DNA from: Camelus ferus
Taxonomy: Eukaryota
DNA length: 64,000 nucleotides
Reading direction: 5' to 3'
Assembly: GCF_009834535.1 (NCBI RefSeq)
Contig: NC_045716.1
Span: 6,572,001-6,636,000, forward strand
In this document: positions 39,001-50,400 of the stretch, piece after piece
How the letters are laid out: each line of letters opens with the position of its first letter
How positions within the stretch are numbered: the first letter of the stretch is position 1
Notes under the pieces: model-generated
Database searches by the model: none
What the model saw: only the letters and a program-made list of their open reading frames with translations
Told to the model about the DNA's origin: nothing
Program-made: the position numbers and the translations under genes

Positions 39001-40599
39001 ATGATATTGATAAGATTTTAGGATCGTTGGTGGCAGCATTGCTTGGTCATGCCCCTAATGCTGCAAAGCAACTTATTCTGGTTGGGAGGGAACTCCGGAG
39101 GGCCCTGCCTTAAACAAATAACATGCACATAACTGGGTGAAGTCAGGAGGGAAAACACACAAACTCCAGCATCAATTTGCTGTTGCCTGATGTCATCAGA
39201 CTGCCCCCCAGGGGATTTTGTAAAACACTCGAGCTGCTTGGTTAATACTGGCGTTGCATGTATTCTAGAGAGCATGGTCAGAAAGCGCGTCCCTTCAACA
39301 CGCACATGTCTGGAGAAGGACAGAGGCTGAAATACTTGACTTACAAAATACCTTCTATCCTCCTGACTGGTCTCTGATGACAGATCACTGTCCCTGCTGG
39401 ATAAGACTCAGATCACCCAGCTAGAAGCCTGGACTGTTATAACTGCTATCCTTCTTAACAAAACATTTGTCCCTGCTCAGGGCGCCCGGCTCCCAGAGCC
39501 GGGAAGAGCACACACACACAGTTCTTTACGGAGGGGTCTGTTCAATCATGTTACAGGACATTAGCTGGATTATTAGTTAATATTTGGCTCAGGTCTGTAT
39601 ACCCTGGATAAATATGTACCATGCAGAGGGACTGCTTGGTAAGGAGAAAACTCCTCTGGGCTAGAACAGCAGCTCCCAAGTTCATGTTCCTATGAGGAAG
39701 GAACACTCCAGGCATCTGGGGCCTTGGAATAGAGCTGCACATGCATGCTTCTCCTGTCGGCAGCCAGCTCCCTGCACACAGCTGTGAGCACAGACACACA
39801 CATACAAATACACACGAACCATAACCAGGACTAGACCGTGTACTCAAATGATCACAAAACCAGGGAGAGAAATCGAGATTGCCAGATAATCCCAGCACAC
39901 CCCTCCTTCCAGGACAGCAATGTTCTCCCCAGTGTCTCCAGCACGCTGCCAGGCTCAACTCAATCAATGGGGTTTCCGCCACCACCCTGGGGAGACAATT
40001 TGCAACCTACAGGGTTCACTCATCAATTTTTTTTTTTTGGCTGCATGTACATGGGAGAAAGAGACAGGCCTCTACAGGCATGCCCCAGAGCCCCATGAAC
40101 ATGTGAATATAGCTCTACGAACATGTGAATATCTGCGAACTTGTGTACCATGTATCATGACCTCAGCTCTTTGGGGTCCATCCCAACCGTAGCAAACCGG
40201 GTACAGTTCAGTTCAGCATCTGCTGGGCAGGCAAAAGTCCTCGTCATCTTCTGCAATTATGCAGCCCAATTGGATTTTCTGAAGCTAATGGGAGTTGCAC
40301 TAACTTTGAGGACTTAAACCAGGCAAAAGCAATGTAGGTCAGAGGCAGTGCCCAAGTCGTGTGACGGCCATGCAACACCAGGCGGCAATAACAGGACGAT
40401 CTCCTGCCAAACCCCAAAGTCCACTGCTCAGCTTCACAAGACAGAAACTAAGAGAAGGGGATCATTCCCTCTGCCTGCAACTGCCAGGCGCCAGGGCAAG
40501 AGGGCTGTTGGAGGGCAAAATGATCCCCTTGCCAAGGTACACACCAAAAAGACAACGAAAAGGGGATGGAAGAAAATCATCAAAATCCTGCACTGTTAC

Positions 40600-41375
40600 C
40601 TTGAATCCTTGNNNNNNNNNNNNNNNNNNNNNNNNNNNNNNNNNNNNNNNNNNNNNNNNNNNNNNNNNNNNNNNNNNNNNNNNNNNNNNNNNNNNNNNNN
40701 NNNNNNNNNNNNNNNNNNNNNNNNNNNNNNNNNNNNNNNNNNNNNNNNNNNNNNNNNNNGGGGGAACGCGAATGGCTCCCCCTCGGCGTGTGAGAGGGAG
40801 CGGATGTCTCTTTTCAAATTCTCTTGCTCCCCGCTTTGCTGCTGCTGCCGCCGCCGCCGCCGCCGTCAGACCACTTGCCTGCTGCCTTCCAGCTGAGCAG
40901 CAAGGATTCCCGGCACCCACAGCATGTTTGAAGTGGGGTTTCGACGCCGGGCCGGGGCGCACGCGGGTGGAGAGGGAAGGAAAGTGCCAAACCCGACCCG
41001 GGGAGTCTCCTGTCCCTCCAACGATGAGAAACCCAAGATCTTGCCTTCCTTCCAACTCTAAAGAGACTCACCTGCCCTCTGTCTCTCTCCTGGAATCGCT
41101 GCTTTGCACATGGGCAGAGACAGCTCCTCTGGCTTCACCGCTCCCGCGGCTGCCTGCAGACCTGCCCGGGCGCTCGCCGCGCACGGCAGGTGCACATCCC
41201 TGGGCAAGTGCTAACGGGATCCTCCGAGCTCAGCGGAGGCGCTGCCCGAGGAGCCGCGAGCAGAGCAGCGTCCGAGGCGGGCGGATTCCATCCCAGGCTG
41301 CAGCCCGGCGCGTCCCCGCTCCGACTCCGTGCTGGTACCTAAGCAGTTTCACCTGCAGACTCAGGCTCCAGCTGA
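40600..41375 (-). other. BRINP2: Non-coding first exon (5'UTR) of BRINP2, divergent from ASTN1; 5' end approximate
   Basis: CpG island 40760-41520; minus-strand donor AAG|GTAACAG at 40600/40599; CCAAT and GC boxes upstream on the - strand. Identity rests on known ASTN1-BRINP2 head-to-head synteny (~6 kb apart in human); no BRINP2 coding sequence is in the window. Confidence 0.75.
40838..40864 (-). repeat. (GGC)6(AGC)3 trinucleotide repeat in the BRINP2 leader
   Basis: + strand (GCT)3 at 40838-40846 then (GCC)6 at 40847-40864. Confidence 0.97.
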
Positions 41376-41520
41376 GTGTCTTAAGATAACAATGCTGCCC
41401 TGCCTGCCTCTCGCTTGCTTTCTTATGCACGTAGGTGGGCAGCCAATGGGACGCAGCGCCACACTCCCCGCGGGCGCCCATTGGTTGGGCGGCTTGGCAG
41501 GGGGCGGGCTCGGGGCCTCA
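41376..41520 (-). promoter_or_regulatory. BRINP2: BRINP2 core promoter: two opposed CCAAT boxes and GC boxes
   Basis: CCAAT 41443-41447, ATTGG 41480-41484, GGGCGG 41487-41492, GGGGCGGG 41501-41508. Confidence 0.72.
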
Positions 41521-43334
41521 CCGGCTGTCTCCTTTGGTTAGCTGGCAGGCTGGGGTACCAGCTCTGTTAACCCTCCCAGCTTTGCAGCAGGGACTTTTTT
41601 GGTGTGGGAAAGGGAGCCTTGGGTAAATTCACGGCTGGGGAGTTGAAGAGTGGAAGAAGGCTGAGGAACAGGAAGAAGCTTGGGAGCTAATTACATTTTC
41701 TTCTAATCTTCTTGAGTTACAATAATCATTTGTCCCAGACCATTTTGTTTGTTTGCTTAACTAGAACTTGCAGAGATAGGGACCCATTTGAGCCATTTTC
41801 CTTCTAATTCGTGGTTTTATTCTGTTGTGCTGTGCATTTTAGCCTCTTGGTCTCGGTCCTGAATTATTTAATTAGAAATGAGCCCCCAAGTGAGAATACT
41901 NNNNNNNNNNNNNNNNNNNNNNNNNNNNNNNNNNNNNNNNNNNNNNNNNNNNNNNNNNNNNNNNNNNNNNNNNNNNNNNNNNNNNNNNNNNNNNNNNNNN
42001 NNNNNNNNNNNNNNNNNNNNNNNNNNNNNNNNNNNNNNNNNNNCAGTGAGTAGAAAGGAACAGATTTAGAGACTCTGAACAGCTAAATCAAGAAACATTC
42101 TGTCCCCAGACCAAGATTGTGAAGACGGCAAAGAGAAGAACTTCAGGTTTCTGGGGAGAAATTAAGGGAAAAAATGTCCTGCTTTCAAAAAAGCCAATTG
42201 TTTTGCCTGTGGTGTTTCCCTTCTGTGTTTCCTTTCACTTTAGTGTGTCAGGAAGAAGGATTGTGACTCTCTACTTGGTTTTTAAAGGAAGACTAGAGAA
42301 ATCAGAACAGAAACAGCCTTGTTTCTGTAAGGCAGGTGCTGTTGCTGAGCCTGCAAATTGAGAGGAGAGAGAAAGACAGACAGGGACAGGGTGGGAGGGG
42401 GAGAAAGAGTAAAAAAAAAACGTTAACTTTGAAGCAAAGAGTGTAAAATATATTTTTAATGACCTAAGGAGGATGCAAAACTGAATTATGTCCAGCTAAC
42501 TAGCAGACTACACTAAATTTTGGCAGAGCATAGGAGAGTAGTAGTTGAAGGAAAACAAAAAATCCAATTCAACAGAATTGCTGGGAGGTGGAGCTGGCAA
42601 AGGAATGTGAGGGGTTCACACTAACTTGTGTGACAGGGAAAATATGGAGAGGATAACACAGAGTCAGAAAGAGAGAGAACTGTTTCAATTGTTTTTTTTT
42701 TTTCTAAAAATGTCTCTAAGAGAGACATTAAAGATTATTTTTGTTAAGAACTAGAATGCAGAGGTTTAATGAATGACAAAGTTGTATATGTCAGGATTAT
42801 CTACAAAGCATCAGGGCGCCAGGTGTTCTAAACGAATGGGGAAAATTAGAAACATCTCTCATTTACACACTCTTAGCCCCACCCATTTCTTTCTCTTTCT
42901 CTGTCTTCCTGCCTCTATCTTATATAGGTGTGACCTTCCCTCTCTGTTCTGTAGGTATCTGCCTAAGCTATCAAACATGTCAGAGAACAGTCCAGAGAAT
43001 AAAATATCTAAGTGAACCAGCGAAAGCCTACATCTGTTGCTGTCCAACTGCTGCATTATTTGTTCCTGTGCTTCCCAGAGACAGAGACCCCCTGAATTTT
43101 GTCCCAGGTGACAAGACACTGAATGTTGAGACTCTTGTGAAATAGTAGAAAGGAGTGCGCAAATGAAAGGAGTAGTTGAACAAATGATTGCCAATCTCCA
43201 CAGAAAGTTAAAATTTCCAAGACCTCTAAAGGAGAAGGAAAGAAGATATAAAGTTGGGAGACAGGAAAACAATTTGAAAAAAGAAAAGCTTACCTCTAAT
43301 TTCTTCTCCTATGGAGTCCTAAGCCATGTAAAAA

Positions 43335-43810
43335 ACAATCTAACAAGGTATAATAGACATTACAAAATTCTGCAAGTGTACAGTTTGATAAACTTTTGCT
43401 TATATAATGCATCCATATGATCACTACCCACAGCATTGCCAGGAAGCTCCTCCTGTATTCCTGGTCAAAACTCCCCTCCTCCCAGAGATAACCACTATTC
43501 TGACTTCCAGCATCAAAGATTGTTACATGGTCTTGAATTTCATAGATATAGAATCTTAGCACATACACTCTTCTGTGTCTGGTTTCATTCACTTATTATG
43601 TCTGAGAGATTCATCCATGTGTTTGCTTATTTTTCATTGCTGTGTAGTGTTCCATTGAATGACTATATGCAACTTATCCATTTTCCTATTGAGGCATATT
43701 TAGGTTGTTTCCATTTTTATCCATTATGAGTAAAGTTGCTATGAATGTTCTATACATTCTTTTGGTGGACATATGCCATGATTTATCCTGGGTATATGCC
43801 AAAGAATGTA
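43335..43810 (-). mobile_element. L1ME-type 3' fragment
   Basis: ataaccactattctgactt, ctcttctgtgtctggtttcattcac, tttaggttgtttccattttt. Confidence 0.85.
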
Positions 43811-43919
43811 AATCACTTAATTTGCTTTTTGCTACTACATGGGGAAAAAAAAAAACTCATGAAAAAAATTCTTAAGCCTATTTTCTTTCTGAAATAATTG
43901 AAAAGTGGGTAATAGCAAA

Positions 43920-44080
43920 AGCTATTACTACTGAGTGCCAATTAAATGCCTAAAATGTTAGCTCCTTTACATATATAATCTCATTTCCTTCTCACACCTA
44001 CTCTAAAAAGTATGTATTATTGTTTCCATTTTGCTAATAAAAATGTTGACTGTAAGACACTGTATTTGGAAATGGCCCTT
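43920..44080 (-). mobile_element. MIR fragment
   Basis: tttacatatataatctcattt...tattattgtttccattttg. Confidence 0.65.
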
Positions 44081-44093
44081 GGCCACCTAAGGT

Positions 44094-44116
44094 TGTGTGT
44101 GTGTGTGTGTGTGTGT
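44094..44116. repeat. (TG)n microsatellite
   Basis: Direct reading. Confidence 0.95.
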
Positions 44117-44119
44117 CAG

Positions 44120-44620
44120 GGCTCTGTGAGAGGAGATAAGGGAGAAGGGAGGGATGGAAGATCTCACTATATAAATTAAGACTGAGATTTGGCTGTAGAG
44201 ATGGGACAACCTGGAGAAAACTGAGTGGAGTGTTTCAGGCAGACAGAATGGCAAAGGAGGAGTGAAATTGAAGAATGGGCTTAAATTTGATTGGGATGTG
44301 TATGGGTGTTTTGAGACCAGGGGGGATAACATAGTAAGCAATACACCTAAAAATATAAATAGTATGAAATTTGAAAGAGTTTTTGAACTTCCAAACCATG
44401 GCGTTTGAATTTTATCCTGTAAAGAAAGAAAAACTTTAGAATGGCAGGTGGAAAGCAAGATTTCATGAAGATCAATCTGGTAGCCATCTAAAGAATAGGT
44501 TAATAGCAGGGAAAACATTCAAAAGCTATTATAAGAGTCAAGGAGTGAGGTCATTGGTGCTAGAAGAAAGAAAGCTGGACCTCAGGAGAAAAGTCAGGAA
44601 TAGAGATAACAGAACCTCCT
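44120..44620 (-). mobile_element. L2 fragment
   Basis: ttccaaaccatggcgtttgaattttatcctg, aggagtgaggtcattggtg. Confidence 0.6.
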
Positions 44621-47269
44621 ATTTTGTAGTGTCTTAGCGAATATAAGTACTTGCATTTATGTCATCTGTGGTCAGGGGAATAGACAGAGATCACTGATCC
44701 CATATTATTGAGGGGGACAATGAAGACAAGAACGGTCCAGGCTCACCTCCAAATAAGCAAATTATGGAGTTGAGACTCAGCTCCAAGTCTATTGTTTCAC
44801 TCCGTCATGTTGCCTATACACAAAGGTAATTATTTAGATGCATACAAATTTCCCCCAGTCCCATTTAAATGTTAAACATCATACAGAACAGACGGTCTGG
44901 TTTCTGTGAACTTCAGCCTCTCCCCCATCTCTAGGTATTTAATTCCCTAGGACGAGGCCATGTGACAGTGTATGCATGTTTACGGGAATCCAGTGCCCTG
45001 GCAGTATGCTCTCTCTGTCTACTTGCATAATCCTCTTGCTCAACCCTCCAAAGAGAAAGAGGTCTATAAAGCTTGAGACACCAACCTCTAGCTCTGTCCA
45101 ACTCAATATGCATTTTTAAATGGCCATTTGATCCAGGCCCTCTTTTTTCTTATATCTTATATTCTTATATCTGTGAATAAGAAAGCATGTATAAATGTAA
45201 GCATGTAAAAATGACTGTAGATAGGCAAAGTAAAATAGATATTGACTTATCAGAAAATCAACACCAATTGATTCACTTGGGTTTTCTAAAATAACTCAAG
45301 ACACTTTAGAAAATGAGGAAGAATGATTTCAAAACAACTGTAGATTATATGTTACTCAAAAGCAGGAAGAATCTTTTTCCTAGACTCTGCCCAGGCCTAG
45401 TCTAGCGCACAGCATATGGTAGGTATGCAAATGTTTACTGAATGAATTACTGGGAGCCATTAAGTCCAATAATTACCCATGGTTGCACCTAGACGTCCCA
45501 TAGCTGTGCAGTGGAAAGAGCCCAAGGCAAAGAAATCTCGTTTGTGGTCTTAGCTCCCCAAACCCTTCTTGGCAGATCCATCTTGGGTAAACCACCTCAC
45601 TATTTCACTGTCCTCAACTTCCTCATCTTTTAAATGAGAGACTGGTAATAGATGATCTGTTAGTTTTATGCCATTTCTCACGTTCTAAGACTAAGTGTAT
45701 TTTCTTGGCATGTACTCTAATTTTTCAACAGGTAACCTTGTATAACTAAGTAAATACTGCTTTTTCAGCTAGAGAGAGTAGGCAAAAAAGGTATCGTGGG
45801 GGCTTCCTCTCCCTCAGCATCTCCTAGAGGGGCAATGAAGATGAAGGGGAGTTGCAGAAAGGTCATTAGCTCAGAAAACTTTCTTGCATCAGTTTGCAAT
45901 GCTACATGGTAATACAACCCTGGGTTAGTTCTCAGGTACGTCAAATTCAGAAACTCAACTTGTCATAAAGTATTTTTGTTCTTTTTTTGTGGTAAACAGG
46001 TCTTTCTCCCCTCAAATATGACCTTAATTCATTATGGTTCATTTCCTCTATTCCCATTCATTGACTAGAGTAACCTTGTGAAATATATGGCAAAGTTTTA
46101 TTTATTTTTTCCTTTTAAAGGACATAACATTCACAGATGTCAATAAGTAGGCACCAGGTAGAGAGAGAATGTAATTGTTTCTAAACTAGGGGGTCCTCTT
46201 TGAAAAGGGTGGTGCATTAAATTCCTAGAGAATAGGAACTATTTAAAACACAGTCTTACAGCACCTAGTATTTAAGTCAGCACTGAATAAATGATGCTGG
46301 AGGGACAACTCTGGAAACAAGTTATCAGTTATCATGTGAGAGAAAGTTCAGTTAATCATCAGATTCCAGCACACACAAGCATCACTTTTCTACCACAGTT
46401 TATTACATATTGTCATCATTTTTGGAAGCTGACACTGTCTGGTACTAATGGAAACAAAACTTATATGGGTTTTTGTTGTTAATGTTGTGGTGGTGGTTGT
46501 TGCTGTCTACATGTCCTACTCTTGTCTGGGCTGGGATAGACTTGGCACGAGCCCAAGAATATTCTTCTATTCCTTTTCCATTTGTTAAGCGTGCTTAGAA
46601 ACTTTGTTTTTCTCACATTTTCTTCCAGCTCTATTCTGTTCACTGGATTTCCTAAAACTAAAAGATCCAGCATTTCCTTGAGCTAGCTCTACTTTTTCTA
46701 TCAAATATAGCATTCCCCAAATTATCTTTATATTGGTTACTACAGATAACATTTGTAACAGAAATGAAACGGAAGAGGCAGAGAGAGATTGCAGATATGA
46801 GTTCTGCTCTCCTGCTTCACTGTATTCAGTACACTGGCTTTGTTGTTTATTTTCATGCCAAATATTTCCTTTAAATATTTCTGCAAACTTAGTGCTGAGT
46901 AAGAATACACACGTGCATTTATTCCAACACATGTTTATCCAAAATTTAAATCCAACTCGTGGGTAAAAAAAATACAAGAAATGGGACCACCTACATCTAC
47001 AAAATAACTGGGGGCCTATTTGCATCTAGAGACACCCCCTTCCCCCGCCCCCCTGCTCTGAGGAAGCACCTTTTAAGGTGTGTGCATTGTGTGCCCTTTC
47101 CAAGCCATCTGTAAGATGAAGCGAGAGGGAAGATTTCGCATTGCAAAAAAACTGTTAAAAAAAAAAAAATGCTGTGCAGGTAGTTAATAGCCAAGAGCGT
47201 GCTCCTGCAAGGGGATGCAAAGGAGGAGAAAGGCGGCAGCCTGCTGGGGGCTGACCTGATTCCCTAGAA

Positions 47270-48150
<881 letters not shown>

Positions 48151-50164
48151 AGCTTTCGTTGCCCGTTGACAGAGCACTTCTTGTCTGCTCCCAGCTCCCA
48201 GAAGCCCTTTTCCCCACTCCCAGGCCACAGGCTCAGTTCTTCGCTTTACACCCCCTGGATTCCCACTGCCAGCATTTCCTGGGGGAGTTAGAAATAGGTA
48301 TCCCGTGTTCCCCTAGCCAGACATGTGCAGGCCAGACTGCACTGGCTGGATCTCCAGTCTTGGCTCACTGAGAGCTCTTTATCTGTCACCAGGTGACCCA
48401 CACTCTCTGGCCTTTGACTGCACCCCTGGTGTCCATCCTGGCAAGTCCTATCTCCTTGCTTACATGTACCAACCTCCTGGTACAGACACCTCCACATCTC
48501 CATGCCACATCCCAATTCCCTGGATAAAGAAACCATCCAACTGTAGTCTGGGAACATTGGCATCTTTGTTCTCAAGCTCCCTTGGACAGACAGGCATTCC
48601 TGTACAAAGAATGACCTGAGCCAGATGCTCTTCCTTCCTTTGTTTACATCTCTCTCTCTCAATATCCCAATTTTCATTTTCTTAGGCCACAAAACTCCTT
48701 CAGATACTGGAACTTCTACAACCCTTCTCAATCCACCCGTCTTTTTCCACTGCCAAGCTGCAAAGATATTGTAGTCCTGCTCCAGCACCTTGCAAAGTGC
48801 CACAGGTCCATGTGACTTGTTCACCAAAATTCCCCTCACTTCTCCATGTGCAGCTCCATTTCACCCTGCTGTGCACGCCCACCGTGCAAATCCGTTTCTT
48901 TAGTGCTGCCATAAATCATTCTTATTTTGCCCAAGAGAGAATTCGAAGATAACCACAAGCAAGTTTCTAGATCCAGGAAAAAAGTGAAAATGTCCAGGTC
49001 ATTGTTCCATCTCTTTAATGCCCCACCAACTAAAGTTCGCTTTGTAGGGACGGAGTTTCGTGATGGCTATCCATAGGTCAGAACCATAAATGGAATGCTA
49101 TTTAACATCCTCCTTGTGCTCTTTTATCATGAGACATAAAACATTAAGAAGTGTGGGTGAGTAAACCCCACTCCCCAACCTGTATGGAAAAACAATTTCA
49201 AAAATCGCCCGGTCCTTTGAAAAGTTGGTTTACAGTTCCTGGAGTACAGCTCAGTAGGCCCCGTAAGCCCAAACTACAGTCTTGATGGCATTATTTATTT
49301 TTGTATTAAAAATGTACTAATAGCACAATAAAACCCGGGGACTGGCTGGGAGTGCTCATTAAAATGTACAATTGCTGGGTTATGCGACGGATGTCAGTTT
49401 TGTGTTAAAGTTATGCTGATGTACAAGTACAATCTGATCCTCATCATGTATAAGAACCAATATAGGGATTTATGTGTTTCTAAAGAGCCTATTTTGGGCT
49501 CTACATGCAGTGTTTACTGGGCATGAAGAAGAACATGTGTGGTGCATGAAAAGAGGATGATTGGACTAGCAGGTATTCAAAATCCCACGTCCTTTTTTGC
49601 AGAATCCCAAAGGCAAGGCCTAGAGCCATGATGTGCCTACTAGGACCCAATGTGCACAGCAAAAGCCCAGATGTTAAAGAATGGACTTTCTGCACCTCTG
49701 TGCAAAGCTGCCCATGGCAGCACCCTCCTGGAGTTGCTATGGTAACCTCCTGCAACTTGGCATTTACACACAGGAGCAGACACACTGTCTCATTTCAGGG
49801 CCAGATGCATTTGCTCAATGCATTGATTGTCTGCCGTCCTCCTAGTCATTGGGATATGTTCAGAACCAGAGATGTGCTGGTACCTTCCCTTCTGGCCCAG
49901 TATTCCCAGGGGGAAGAAGGAATGAATCTTAGCTTGGACAGTGGGGCAAAGCTGGGCAGAAGGGGAGAGGAGTCCAAGTTCATGGAAGGTGAGAGTCAGG
50001 TGTGGTTGCTTTTGAAGTTGACTTTTGTACACTTGGATCCTGTCACTCGTGGCCAATAGTAAAGTGAATAGTGACTGGTTTAGAGTTTAGAGGTTTTCCT
50101 CATCTTGTCTCTGGAACCTGGTTTGCTTAATCCATCCCCTGGAGGAATCTGAACGTGTCAGTTC

Positions 50165-50400
50165 TGGGAATTTATTGAGCATTTACTTGCTTGGCACTCA
50201 TAGGCACTATTAGGATGGAGAAGTTAAAAAAAATAAAAGGCTCCTAACCTCTGGTCCTCTCTAGTCACTGGAAACTCAGACTGAGTTACCTGTAGGAGCC
50301 GTAAATAATAACACCTGATCATCTGGTAAGGTTGTTAAGGGGTGTAGGAACGTGGAAGAAGGAGATACATGCGTGGAAAGAGCAGACTCCATGGAAGACC
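50165..50400 (-). mobile_element. L2 3' end
   Basis: atttattgagcatttac...aaaggctcctaacctc. Confidence 0.7.

Larger units (their letters stand above)
1..40599 (-). other. BRINP2: BRINP2 intron 1 (5' portion; coding exon 2 presumably lies left of the window)
   Basis: Downstream of the - strand donor at 40599; no ORF resembling the BRINP2 N-terminus; repeat-rich. Confidence 0.7.

Noticed and set aside
40361-41389. 342-aa + strand ORF over the BRINP2 island
   Set aside because: Inflated by the N run and GC-rich stop-poor sequence; antisense to the 5'UTR; no homology recognised.
41427-41433. Linking the HIF-type site to camelid altitude adaptation
   Set aside because: A single short motif; species and lineage specificity cannot be assessed from this window.
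46736-46750. Second X-box GTTACTACAGATAAC upstream of ASTN1
   Set aside because: Needs a 3-nt spacer and a degenerate half-site; expected by chance.
48288-48839. Longest N-free ORF (183 aa, antisense in ASTN1 intron 1)
   Set aside because: GTG start, no recognisable domain or exon structure; compatible with chance.
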